A stretch of 64,000 nt of DNA. It comes from Leucoraja erinacea. Taxonomy: Eukaryota. Below are positions 38,491 to 51,278 of this stretch, one piece after another; the stretch's first letter is position 1, and each line of letters starts with the position of its first letter. The position numbers were made by a program, and so were the translations under genes. A model generated the notes under the pieces. The model was not told the origin of the DNA. It saw only the letters and a list, made by a program, of their open reading frames with translations, and did not search any database. The stretch covers positions 23,126,001-23,190,000 of the forward strand of contig NC_073401.1 in NCBI RefSeq assembly GCF_028641065.1. Reading direction: 5' to 3'.

Positions 38491-40819
38491 CTTAATGCGA
38501 ACATCAATGAGGGGTAAACACCGTCATCACCAACGTAGCTTTTGCAGCTGCATGTGTAATGGCCAATGTGACAATAACTAGTGGGAAATTGTTACCATTA
38601 CATTGCGGAGGTCCTTCATTGTACAGGTACTGCGTTGAATTACAATGATATTAAAGGGAAACTATTCAGAACAGACTTGGCAACTCTAAACTGGCATTTA
38701 CAAGTCAGTATGGGCCATCAACAGGATAAATATAATCTCTGGGCCTAGCAAAATCCTCAATCTAATATTACTAGGTTGAATGTGCAGTGTAAAAGAACAC
38801 ACCAGCAAGGGAAAAGAAGATCAAAAATTTAAGTGACAATCTGGTGGAGCTTCCGCACAAGACCACATGTCCCAAAAAGCAGAACCTGCATGCAGTCAAC
38901 TGTCATAAAGGATAGCTAACTAAAGAGTAGATACTTTAGGAACATTTCCACTCCCAGAAGTGATCGCCAGCTGATCCATATGCATCTCCTCCTGTGTCAC
39001 TTCCAACCTCAGACAATTTGATTTCACATCAAGAAACCAATGAGAGCAACAAATATAATGAAATTCATGGACCAGGAAGATATTACAGCTGTAATACTTA
39101 CCACTTGCACCCAAGATTAACCAATCTGTTATATACAGCTATAAAACCAGCATTGACTTGAATGTGCAAAATTGTCCAATTATGTGCTTCTCACCAATAT
39201 AAGTTTAAGAACATAATGCATGGATGAGGAGTAGGCCAATCAACTATTTAAGTCTGGTCTATCAATCAAGAAGTTCATGGCTAATTCATCACGACATCAA
39301 GATTATTTTGCTGTTCTCCACAGACAAATGCAGATTGGCAAATTACTGTCCCCTCTATTCAGAAATTTTAATAGGGTAGGTCTCTATTGACAGCAATGTC
39401 AAGCAGTGCTCTCTCACAAGTAACCTGCCCACTGATACTCTGGCTATCATTGCAGCCTTAGTTCTTATTTATTCATTCACAGAATTTGAATAGTTGTTGC
39501 TCAAAATGCTAACATTTGTTCCAAAATGCTCCTAAGCTCAAAAAGCAGTTAAAAGTTATACAGGGTTAAGACAAACTAAGAATGGGAGATTTTCTTCCTA
39601 GAAGAATGTGAGTGAATCAGGTGTGATTTTATGACTATAAAATACTCCTCTTTAGGCCACATTGAACCAGACTAGAACAAACACAAATATTCTCTGATTG
39701 CAAGAGCAGGGCAGAGATTATTTATTCTCCAGAAAACAACTTGCCAGCCGATTCACTAGAATCTTTCCAGACCTCCCAAAAGCACAAATCTTTGTGATGG
39801 AATACTCTCTACTTAAATTAGTAAAATAGTTCCAATGGTAGGATTCACCTGACACCATGCATGGCAATCTTTGATAATGTTGGCTGCTTTACAGAAGCAG
39901 CATGAAATACTGCCTGGTAGGTCTCATGGGGTTTGTGCCAAATTTGAGTTTGTGAGCTTCAACCATTATTTTCTTCAGCCAGTCATCAACATTTACCTTT
40001 GCTACGAATTGGCACTGAAGATATAGCAAATATCTAGGATTTGATCTGGGACCTTTATTGTTGGAGAGTGATGCTCCACAGCATGGACACATTGATGGAG
40101 GACATTAGTTTTATTAATGTTTGTAACACTCATCCTCTCTTATGCTTCATTGAGTCAAAGATGACCTGTAACAGTATCAAAATAGATGTATCTGCAAGCA
40201 TCACCTCTGTATATTGCATATGGAGTGTCTTTTATACTGGAGAGGATGTTTTGCAAGTTGAACAGTTTGCTTTGGTCAAACAATTAGCTCCATTCTATGC
40301 TACAGAATAATTTCTCTAACGATAGATACAGGGAGCTAGCCAAGGAGTTAAGAACGAAAGATCACAGTTTCAAAGGTAAGGGATGGATGAAAAAAAATCC
40401 TCACTCCATGCTTGGTGAATCTTTGTAATTCTCTACGCTATAATGCTGTGAGGGCCCAAACGTATTTACATACAAAGCAAAGTGCAGTCGATTACTGGAC
40501 ACTAAACTCGTTATAGTCAACTAACCTGGACCCCCTGATCATTCTGCTTAAACCCCATTCCCAACTCTTTCTGAAACCACATCACGGGCGTTAATGATGG
40601 CTCACTACAGGCCGGGCCGGGAGTACACACGTTGTCTGCGAGGCGCTCTAGGGGCATCTGCAGGACCGAACCTATATAAGCCTTTTCACTGGGTGTTACA
40701 TCTCCCTTTTAACATTCGCGGTACTTCATAAAGCCAAGTTGACCGAGGTAAAAGGAGGAAGCTTAAAGAGCATCACTTCATAAATATAAACATAAGCCTT
40801 CACACACACTTTAACTCAC

Positions 40820-41000
40820 CCAGTGCCGTGTTCCACACGTTATCGTGCCAGGCCCGCGTGGTCAAATGTGCTAAACAGATGCGATCTCTCGCTTCTCCTT
40901 TAACCGAACAGCCACGCCATGCAAGATTGACAAACCCCGACGGCAGATGAACACCTTCACCGGCGATGGCCGACTCTGATCGCCGCCATGCTTGACCGGA
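40820..41000 (-). other. CTU1: CTU1 non-coding exon 1 (5' limit unknown)
   Basis: Consensus donor GTGAGT at 40819-14 inside the CpG island; the ATG exon has its own acceptor, so an upstream UTR exon is required. Confidence 0.65.
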
Positions 41001-41082
41001 ACTGATCATCCGTAGGTCGGCGATGCCGACGCCTGATCACGTGGGCCGGCGAATGGTGGTTTCCGGGCGAGCCGTCCGATAG

Positions 41083-41107
41083 CGCGGTGCGCGCCGGGAA
41101 TTGTAGT
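41083..41107 (-). promoter_or_regulatory. Composite ACTACA + ZNF143/Staf binding site
   Basis: Minus strand ACTACAATTCCCGGCGCGCACCGCG matches the ACTACAnnTCCC motif plus the Staf consensus, which is known to be enriched at bidirectional promoters. Confidence 0.8.
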
Positions 41108-41119
41108 GTTTGATCTGTG

Positions 41120-41171
41120 GCGCCAGTCACCTGTCAGAGGCGGTTGGCGGCGGCGGCGGCGGGTCTGGAAG
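41120..41171 (+). other. SIRT4: SIRT4 non-coding exon 1 (5' limit unknown)
   Basis: (GGC)n leader ending AAG|GTGAGT; the next exon begins at the ATG. Confidence 0.7.
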
Positions 41172-41269
41172 GTGAGTTGCCGACGGCGGTGGAGAAGGGT
41201 CGCGCAACCCCTCGATCTCCAAGCCTTAATTACCGAGATGTTGCGTTTTGGGAAGTCTAACAGTGAATG

Positions 41270-42295
41270 GTGAGGTTCTGGGGAGTGTTGTATAGCAGAG
41301 GGTTCAAGAGGTGTTGGCAGATAGATCCTTGAAAATGGTGTGACGTAGATAAGGTGGTCAAAAAAAGGCTTTTGGCACATTTGCCTTCATCAGACAGAGT
41401 ATTGAGTATAGAAGTTGGGAGGTCATGTTAAGACATTCCACAGTGAGTCCACAACTGAGTATTGTGTTCAGGTTTGGTCACCATGTTGTAGGAAAGATGT
41501 TGTCAAGCTGGAGGGGGGTGGGTATCATAGCTGAAGCCCTTACTCGTGTTTCCTCGGTACACCGCAGCTCCGCCCTTGCTCCCCCTCCCCCTAGCCACAA
41601 CAGACAGAATCCCCCTAGTCCATACCTTCCACCCCATTAGCTGTCACATAAAACACATAATCCTCTGAAATTTCTTCCAGCCCCCAACGGAATCCCTCAC
41701 TAGCCACATTTTCCCATCTCCACCTTTTACAGAGACCGTTCCCTCCACCACTTCCTGGTTAATTCATCCCTTCCCACCCAAACGACCCCCTCCGCAACCC
41801 AAACCTTCCCCTGCAACCGCAGAAGATGCAACACCTGTCACTATACCTCCTCCCTCGACTCTGTCCAGGGACCCCGACAGTCCTTTCAGGTTAGGCAGAG
41901 GTTCACTTGCACCTCCTCCAACCTCATCTACTGTATCCGTTGTTCAAGATGTGGACTCTTATACATCAGCGAGACCAAATGCAGACTGGGCGATCGTTTT
42001 GTGGAACACCTTTGCTCAGCCTGCCTGAACCAACTTGATCTCCTGGTTGCTGGACACTTTAATTCTCCTTCCCATTCCTACACAGACTTTTCTGTCCTCG
42101 GTCTCCCCCATTGTCAGAGTGAGGCTAAATGCAAATTGGAGGAACAGCATCCCATATTTCGCTTGGGCAGCATACAGCCCAGTGGTTTGAATATTGATTT
42201 CTCTCACTTCAGGTAGCGCTGGCATTCCATCTCTCTCTATCCCTCCCCCACCCAAGTCGCACTAGCTTCTCATTTTCACCTTACAAACAGCTTAC
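41270..42295 (+). mobile_element. CR1 fragment (41270-41520) followed by a Penelope-like GIY-YIG fragment (41525-42295) in SIRT4 intron 1
   Basis: CR1: GAGTATTGAGTATAGAAGTTGGGAGGTCATG. PLE: FTCTSSNLIYCIRCSRCGLLYISETKCRLGDRFVEHL...VAGHFN...GLNIDF. Confidence 0.8.
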
Positions 42296-42868
42296 ATTGG
42301 CACTTTAACCATATGTGATTTTTTTTTCTCTATTACAAATCTCAAATTGTGGAGTATAGAGGCAAATAAATAAATGATGGGTCTTTGTTTCAAAAATTAT
42401 GGAGGGTACTGTATCTTTGATCTGGAGAATAAGGAAAATATTCACTAACCTCTGATCAATCGTCATACACAGATCACTTTAATCCATTTCCCGAAGCTGC
42501 TGTGCGCCCTAATCTCAGGCTCTCGGATTCGAATTTAAAGTTAATGAATTTAATCATTTTAGCTGATATCAGCCGTGATAACTCCAGGTTAAACCATTTA
42601 AAGGAGTAGCACAGGCAAAAAAAAATTGCAAAGCAGCATTAAATGTTCCAGAGGGGCTGCAAGTTACTAAGAGGTAAATGTTAGTGATCAATCAACTCTT
42701 TTCCATGCAGTTATCGCTCTTTATACAAATGTCACCTGGTTGCTGAGGCATTAACTGATTCCAATCTTAATCCTAATCAAAAATATAAACTCTTATTCTG
42801 TTTTTTGAAACATTTGCAAGAAAAATCCAGGTCATCGATGGTATCAATGTGAATGTGTTTATTCCTAG

Positions 42869-43663
42869 ATGTGGTTTCTGACTGTTTTGCCAGCTGCTGA
42901 GAAATGCCGCTTGCTGAAGCAAATCTGCAGGAACTATTATTCAGCCATTGCTTCTAATTTCCCATTTGTTCCTTCTTGCCTTCCTTTGGACTCCATCGAA
43001 TTGGAGGATCTTCAGGAATTTCTGTTTCAGTCTAAGAAGCTGTTTGTGCTATCTGGAGCAGGCCTGTCAACGGAATCTGGTATTCCTGATTATCGCTCGG
43101 AAGAGGTTGGACTTTATGCTCGGACAACAAGACGGCCCGTTCAGCACCATGCGTTTGTCTGCTGTGCCAAGAGTAGGCAGAGATATTGGGCACGAAATTA
43201 TGTTGGCTGGCCACAATTTAGTTCGCGCCAGGCAAATGAAGCACACAAAGCTCTGAGTAAATGGGAAACAATAGGGAAGCTGCATTGGCTGGTGACCCAG
43301 AATGTGGATGCTTTGCACACAAAGGCAGGTAGCCAGTACTTGACAGAACTTCATGGCTGTACACATAGCGTGATCTGCCTTGGCTGCGAGAAGATAACAC
43401 CCAGGAGTCACCTTCAAGATGAATTTGCAGCTCTGAACCCTAATTGGTCTGAAGAAACACAAGGAATATTTCCAGATGGAGACGTTTTCCTGGCCGATGA
43501 ACAAATCAAACATTTCAATGTTCCCTCGTGTAAGAATTGTGGTGGTATCCTGAAACCCGATGTCACCTTTTTTGGAGACACAGTAAATAAAGAGAAAGTT
43601 AATTTTGTGTATGAACGTTTGACGGAATCTGATGCAGTTCTGGTGGTCGGCTCTTCTCTACAG
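42869..43663 (+). CDS. SIRT4: Mitochondrial NAD-dependent sirtuin 4, first coding exon
   Basis: Acceptor TTCCTAG|ATG; [41 protein letters not shown], catalytic ELHG, Zn ligands CLGC and [14 protein letters not shown]; donor CAG|GTGAGT, phase 0. Confidence 0.97.
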
Positions 43664-44148
43664 GTGAGTGGCTGAAATGACCAAAGACTTTTTATTGAAT
43701 ATGTTTGGATAATTTAGATAGATTGAGGAATATTCAATGGAAGCAAGTTATAACCAAAGTTATTTATGGTTTGAAGAGGGAATTCCAGGATTTAGGAACA
43801 GTGACAAAAAAGGAAAGGTGATAATATTTTTAAGTCAGGATGATGTGTCACATGAAAGAGAAACTACAGCTTGTAGTTTTCCATTGCCTGAAGCACTTGA
43901 CACTCATGGCAACAGCAATTGCAGCTTTGGCTCTTGGAATAGCTGTGCAGACTTGGTATGTAGGTTGTGGAGGGAATAATGTCTAGGGTGTGATGAGTGG
44001 GATGCCAGTCAAGTGGGCTGATTAGTCTTAGCTCTGTAAGGAATTTAGATCGTACCTTAGAGTTGGGTTCAGACACATTATGGATTGCACATGTCTGGCA
44101 GTGGCTTCAAACTGAAAATAATTAACTTTTTATGTTCTTTGTTAATAG

Positions 44149-44301
44149 GTATATTCTGGATATAGGTTCATCATTGCAGCCTTTGAGAAGAGGCTGCCTA
44201 TTGCAATACTAAACATTGGGGCTACCAGAGCAGATAAACTGTGCACTCTGAAAATCAGTGCTCGATGTGGAGAGGTTCTGCCATACGTTCTTCCCTTTTA
44301 A
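44149..44301 (+). CDS. SIRT4: SIRT4, last coding exon
   Basis: Acceptor TTAATAG|; [50 protein letters not shown]. Total 948 nt, 315 aa. Confidence 0.96.
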   Translation, partial: VYSGYRFIIAAFEKRLPIAILNIGATRADKLCTLKISARCGEVLPYVLPF

Positions 44302-44543
44302 CACTGTCAAGCTGTACAACAGGAAAACTCCTTGATTCTGGTAATATTACAAACATATGGAACAAAATTCTATGAAAAATAATCCATATAGATTAGTAAT
44401 AGCAATTTCTCACGCAGTGGTATCTTTATATACAGGCTGCATTTTGTGTATATGAAGATCGAAAGATTTGAGAAATGATATCTTCAACAATTTCCTGAGA
44501 AATGGATTGCAACCATTACCAAGTTCTTGCAAAGTTTCCTATA

Positions 44544-44588
44544 AATAAATACAAAAGTTTGTTTCATGAAATCTATTGTTTCAATAAA
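44544..44588 (+). terminator. Candidate SIRT4 polyadenylation signals
   Basis: AATAAA at 44544-49 and 44583-88, followed by T-rich sequence. Confidence 0.55.
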
Positions 44589-45585
44589 TCACATTATTAA
44601 TTTATGGTCTCAACCTTTTTTAATTGTATAATGTTGTTGAATAATCTTACATTTTTTTCAAAGAGGAAAATGTATAGATTTCTTATTGATCCCCAAAAGT
44701 AAATCAGAATCCAAGGCTTATTTGATCACGTCATATTTCACATATCACATTTGGATGGAGCTAAACCAACAAAAATCATTGTAGGATATCGACTATAGGC
44801 TCCTAAACAGCCGTACGGTAGGGGGATGGCGTAACTTAGGAAATTAGAGACTCGTCCTGAAGGAATCAAACAATAATCATGAAGGACTTTCATCTACCTA
44901 GAGATTGGGCAACCTAATTATCAATAGTAGTGTAGGCTGTATTCATGTAGAAAATATAGTTTTATAGATCGAAAATTAGGTGGTGGACTATTTTATGCAT
45001 AGCAAATGGCAAAATGTATTAAAATATATTTAATGTTTATTGTTTAATTGCAAACAAAGCTGTAAAAATAAAATCACAAGACAATTACAATATTAAATTT
45101 ATTCTGAAGAATTGCATTTAAATTGCATGGAAGTATAGTTTTACAACAAGAGAAACTACATTTTAATGATAAGGATTCACGTTTCATGAGGTTGTTTGCC
45201 GAGCTCATACACAAACCCACTAGACCCAATAAAGCTACAATCCAGCAAAAAGTTAAATTTTATTAAGATTGTTCTTGCAGTATGTAAAAAGGAATTAATG
45301 AATATTTAGCTCCGAGGACAAACTGTGTGCCAGTCTGTTACGCCTCTACATTTTCTGAAGGCATAGAAATTGAAGGCCAAGAAAGAAAGTTTCAAAAAAG
45401 TAATAACTTTTGAAAATCAAAGTAACCTTAAATGAAGAAAGCACATCCATTCACCTATCCATTGTTGAAAGACAAATTAAAAGCTACAATGGATGTACAA
45501 AAAAAGCCATATATTTTCCCATGCTATTATACAGCACACTGAGTACTGAACCAAATGGGGTAAGGTTACGAAATGTAAAGTAATA

Positions 45586-45884
45586 AGTTTAGTTTAGAGA
45601 TATAACACAGCGGAAACAGGCCCACGGAGTCTGCAACGACCAGCGTTCTCCACACATTAACACTATCCTACTACTAAGGACAATTTACATGTACACCAAG
45701 CCAATTAACCTACATACCTATACATCTTTAGAGTACGGGAGGAAACCCAGGATCACAGAGAAAACCCACGCGGTCACGGGGAGAGCATACAAACTCTGTA
45801 CAGACAGCACCCGTAGTTGGGATCGAACCCGGGTCTCCAGTGTTCAAGCGCTGTAAGGCAGCAATTCCACTGCTGCGCCACCGT
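45586..45884 (-). mobile_element. Full-length tRNA-derived V-SINE (HE1-like) with CR1-derived tail
   Basis: Minus: GGTGGCGCAGCAGTGG (A box), GGTTCGATCCC (B box), GTGGGTTTTCTC...GGTTTCCTCCC core, GGGCCTGTTTCC...(CTAAA)n tail. Confidence 0.85.
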
Positions 45885-46175
45885 AAAGCATATCGGCACG
45901 AGGACCAATAACTTACAACTACAACTAAGTAGAAGCTTAAGTTATCGTATTCAGTAAACAAAGTCTCAATCAGTGGAGTCATTCAATATTTTAAATGTTT
46001 TAAAGCTCAAGATGACCAATGGAATTTCTTCCAAAAATCACCCCAAATTTGCAGATGTTACTCAGCAGATTGACATTCCATTGATGAACAAATGCAATGG
46101 TATAATGGAATACACCTACATTTCAGTATTGACACCAAATTGCACACGCATTCTGGTACAATTATTGCAAGATTA

Positions 46176-46500
46176 AAAGATTTCACATAAATAAAATTAC
46201 CACGTTCTACTTTTCTAAAATTGAACAAAAATTGCAATCTTCTAACCATAGAACTTGACTTGCATTTATATAGTAATTTACTGTTATTTTCCAAATATGT
46301 AATAACTAGTCAGTGCATGGCAAAGATTCACAAACATGGATGAAAGATTTCACATAAATAAAATGTTCTACTTTTCTAAAATTGAACAAAAATCGCAATC
46401 TTCTAACCATAGAATCTGACTTGCATTTATATTGTAATTTACTGTTATTTTGCAAGCAAGTATGTAAAAACTAATAGGTGCATGGCAAAGATTCAAACAA
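46176..46500. repeat. Local tandem duplication, two ~160-bp units (period ~167)
   Basis: AAAGATTTCACATAAATAAAAT...GTGCATGGCAAAGATTCA starts at both 46176 and 46343, with few differences. Confidence 0.9.
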
Positions 46501-49500
46501 CAAATGACCTACTGCTTTGATTTAGGTGTTAATGATTAAAACTGTCAAAGGCAACTGCAGAATCCTACAATTAAAAAAAAAACACCACCATGAGCATATT
46601 TCACATTCACCTCAATAAGTAGAAGAGAATATGTGGGTGGGAGGAAGGAGGAGGTGGGAATGGAGGCTCATTCTAACATCTCGTCTGAAAAACAATTTCA
46701 TAGAAATTGTTTACACAGAAGGAAGCCATTTTCCTCTCAAGCTTCCTTAATTTTAAGTGTATTATAATTCGATTCACCTGAGATTTCTCTTTCTCATATT
46801 TTCTATTTCAAATACTTGTTCAGATATGCTCAAGATATCATTAGAAATTTTGCATCAATAGCCATTTGTGCTTTGAGTTCTACATGCATTAAATTGCTTA
46901 ATATTTTCTCAGACCCTTTTCCAATAGTTATCCTCCATTTTCTTGCTATTGATGAAAAAGCCTTTCATGCTTCCAGAAACCTGAATAATTGGAAAACCTG
47001 AGATCACTACGAAGTTTTAATGTCCCCAAATCGACATATAAATATCTACTGATTCCTTAATCATTTTAGAACCGTGAATAGTTCAGTACTCATCTAAACA
47101 TGATGGAATGCTAGCCAAATACACGTAACCTGTGCTAATAATTTGATCCCATCAACATTCTGGTGTATCTGCGCTATATTCTTCCTAAGGCCAATATTTA
47201 TCTTCTGTGTTCAATAACCAAAGAAAACATACCACCCTGACCAAGGACCTGAACAACTGAGAGCTTACAAGAAGACCACTGAAACATCTACATGCATTTG
47301 TCTATGTATTTTAATTCAAAACTAAATTTTATTCCAATCCAAATTATAAAGTTTTTTAATAATTCCAATTAATCTGTTGCTACTGACTATGAGATTAAGA
47401 GGGATGAATTAAATCAGAGCAGACATTAATGAATTTTGTGCTCCGTCACATTTGGATTTTATTTGTGAGAAGTGCAGGACCTGCCTGCACAGAAACAATA
47501 CTTAAACTGAGGACCTGGTTCATCAAATGTGATCAGAATAATATACTTGCATGAAGAGTAATCTTCATCATTCTTGGGTGGGGTGAATGTTCTTTCTTTG
47601 TGGTGTAATACTTATCTCATCCCTACCCAAACTGTTCCCGCAGGCGCCACTTTATATTGTCATTAATAAATGACTGAATAACCAGGAATAGTACAGCAGG
47701 TGGACTCAATTTACTGCTCCTCCTCTCCATGATGGCAGCATCTAATAATGCATTCACCCCCCCTGATCAACCCATCTTAGAATAGAGATTGGTCATTAAA
47801 TAACCACTTGATGGCACTATAGAAAAGTATCAAAAATACAATTTTAAAGTCTACTGACCAATAACTTTGGAATCCAAGAATTGTAGACAGAAACAAAAAA
47901 ACAGTACAAACTATAGCAATTGAAAATGAGATATGTCTCCAATACCCTGATACCTGTAGTTGGAAGACGGGATATATGTAAACTAAACTTGTATATTCAC
48001 GAACAGGAGTCTCAGGAATAAATTGACACAAATATAGCAGTGCCGTAATGTCAAGAACACTGGTAACTAAGTTGTAAAGAAAAGGAAAATCCAGTTTTTG
48101 GCACATTCATCTTTGTTATCGGGCTGACTTTTCCAGTTTTAATTAAACTTACTGTTTCTCAACAAAACAAATGAGCCTGTTTACTAATGTTTAGAAGGGG
48201 ATACAGGTGCTTTAATATATTGCAGATAATTTAGGGTTTCCATTAAAAAAAAAGACGTTACAAACAGCTGCCTATAGACATTAGACACTATGCATGCTAA
48301 ATGTACGATATACACAGTGCTAATGCTAAACCAGAATTCACAAAAGTGATTTGCAAGATTGTGACATTCTTGATACAGCTTTCTCACCTTTCTGAGCATT
48401 AAAGTTAACCTTTGTATTTCAGGAAGCAATGGTTGAAATTGGTGAAATTGGGTCAGAGCTTTTAAAGAGATCTCTCTGCCGCGGGCATCCCCAACAAACC
48501 CCAGCTCTGCAGCAGGATCACGTCTGCAGATCGAGTGATCCATGTATGATATTTTCCAGCACACAGAAGCTGGATTTTACATTAAAAATGGACGTGCTAA
48601 TGGTGGGGTATCACTTGAAATCATGTATAGTTCATTTTCAAGATGAATGAATGCCTTGTTTAATCACAAGTTGTAAACATGGATCATAAGTTGATACTTA
48701 TTGAGCATTAATTTAAATAGCCACTAACAGTTCACATTTTAACTTGTATGAGATACTGTTGGGAAATGACACCAGTGGAGGACGAATTTCAACCGGAATT
48801 GTCTGGTCCAATTTCCCTACTTGTAGGAACACACAATTCCAAACAAGTGCAAAACAATCTGTATGCATACTTAGTGCATAAAGAATATGTGCATTTGGTG
48901 CATTTCCTACATTGCATACATCACTGCAAGGCAACGGAGCGAGATATTCACTACACACTTTAAATTTAGAAGAAATGATTCACAAGGGTGCTAAATCATC
49001 ACATAGTAAATTTAGATAATCATTACGTTATTTTTTGGAAATCCTTGTTATAACAATGATGGGAATGGCTTTTGACAGATGAGTTTTACACAGGGCTCGT
49101 ACCGTCCTTGAAAGACCTGGAATTTGAAACTGTTTTTCAAGACCTTGAAAGTACTTGGATTTATCAAAGGTCCTTGAAAAGGTTTTTTAATGACACGTAT
49201 TCATTCATGCAGAGTAATGTGGCGTATTTTCATCAAGTTTATAATGCACATTTTAAATTAAAAGTCGGGAAACATTGTTAGATACGTTTGCCTTTGTCGC
49301 CTATTTACCTATTTTTTGCCTGCTTTGTCGCTGAGAATAAAGACACTGAAGAATTAGGAATGTGTGTCCTGTCTGGTATTCATTTACGAATATGATCTTG
49401 AATTACGGGCGCACACAGAAAGATCAAAGGAACTGCCAATTGACAAACATCGTTTTTTTCTCCCAAACTTTCAGAATAGCTGGCATGAGAACAACTCACA

Positions 49501-50945
49501 GGCTCCCCAAGTATCATACAGTAATGAGGAGTAAAATCTGAGCTTCAAGCTCATGCAGGTGGTTCCAATAAATAGGGGGTGTGGCTTCAACTGTCTGGAG
49601 TTTTCTGGGTGTACAGAAAGCATTAACTGCACTGCTGCAGCACTTCTCTCTCTCCCTCTCTGAGTGTGTGAAAGCTCACACACATACTGCATGCACAATG
49701 CATTTCCCATATAGAAGGCATGCATGCACCATGGAGCAGGAAATGTCTAGCTCCATGCATGCACTGTACTGTGTGCATGCACTATGTACGCGTGTATGTA
49801 TGTCTATGAACACCGGACAATTTCATTTTCTCTTACAGGGATGTGCAAGGTACAAGAGTAGAGTAATACACTGCTGGTAATATAATGAAAGTACTCTGCT
49901 AAATGTTTTCTCTACGAAAATGATGTGGAAATGACATCTTCCAATAAAATAAGAAAGTAACGACTATAGCAAATCTTATATAAATCCTCTGGCATATGGA
50001 ATAAATCTACTCATGCACCCCTCTGCTGAATGTATCAGTCTCTACTGATCTGCAGCTATGACATACATATTCATAAACTGCCAGATTGCTTGTGTGTATC
50101 ATACCACATCAAGAACCTTTTTTTTTCTTATGCTGACGCCTAATTACTGATTGGAGAAGACTCGGAGTTGGAGTGAGAAATGATCATGCAACAAGTCATG
50201 ACAGCCATGAAAGTTCACTCCAGTCACTGACCGAGATTTCAGTAAACAGCAATGCCGGGAAGTTGTGTGCTTAACACCAGATGGATCCATGATCCAAAGT
50301 ATTAAGAGTAGATTGCTAAAGGTGACATACATCATGCTAAATGTCAACCCTGTCATAAGACAATAGACTTGACCAGCATGGGTGAATCGGCGCTCACTAG
50401 TCATGGAAAAGGAACTAAACACCAAAAGTTATTAGCTAACTTACGTGAAGAAAACCGGAACAAGCATCATTCTTTACAAAAGAGTCAAGTAGTAAACCTA
50501 CTTCAGGCTCAGCCGCACCAGCAACTGCCCATGAACCACCAGATGCACCGTTTTGATCCTCTTTCAACTCGGGGACTACGTCAGCAAACCCCGTGCACAA
50601 TCACTCCAGCATCATTTGCGAGCAACACGGATACATTAAAAGCCAAATTACGGTGGGTATTGAAACAAGTGACAGCACACAATAGTTAAAAATCATCCGA
50701 GGACGCAGGTGAACTGTTCAGGATGATGTTTCCTGATGGCGAGAAAGCCTACGGGTTTCAGTGTGGTGAGAAAAGAACCTCCTATTTATCCGTCTTTAAT
50801 GATTTGTTGACATCACGTGTAAAAGCACAAGATCATTATGTCCTCCTCTTCGACGAGTTGCTTAACTCCAAAACGCACAAGCAGATGGACATATATGTCA
50901 GACTGTGGCATGGGGACAGAATTGTTTCCCTTTTCCTAGGATCCT

Positions 50946-51071
50946 GGGGTGGAAGATTGCAACCTTCACGTGGTCTGCCCGGTTTCGACCAATGCAATCA
51001 ACCCAGCGTGCACAATCAAATAGAACAAGTTGTCCTACAACTTTAGGCTGTGCATGCCATATGCAAGAAGA
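50946..51071 (+). mobile_element. 126-nt retroposon (copy 2): minimal HDV-like ribozyme head (50946-50999) plus Vingi/ingi-like tail
   Basis: Perfect 10-bp TSD CCTAGGATCC (50935-44 and 51072-81); removing it restores the transposase reading ...VSLF-LGSQFMGH; the element starts at ribozyme G1 after one extra T. Confidence 0.88.
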
Positions 51072-51278
51072 CCTAGGATCCCAGTTTATGGGGCATGGAT
51101 CATCTGAAATCATGCTGGAAAAATTCCTTATGGGTCTCGGTGATTTGCCATTGAGGAATCTAGTGCAAATCTCTATGGATGGACCAAATGTCAACTGGAA
51201 GTTTCACCGCCTGTTACAAGCAGAGGTAGGCTAGGTCTTGTTCATAATTTTTCATAATTATTTCATATTGGTCTAGAT

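Larger units (their letters stand above)
40580..41240. promoter_or_regulatory. CpG island, bidirectional promoter of CTU1 (minus) and SIRT4 (plus)
   Basis: CpG-rich; divergent consensus donors CTGG|GTGAGT (minus, exon ends 40820) and GAAG|GTGAGT (plus, exon ends 41171); ETS-like CCGGAA sites at ~40996 and ~41061. Confidence 0.85.

Noticed and set aside
48420-48963. Exon-like plus-strand segments; also searched for PLA2G1B, which follows SIRT4 in human
   Set aside because: No recognisable protein, no CCxxHDxCY motif, and no consistent splice chain.
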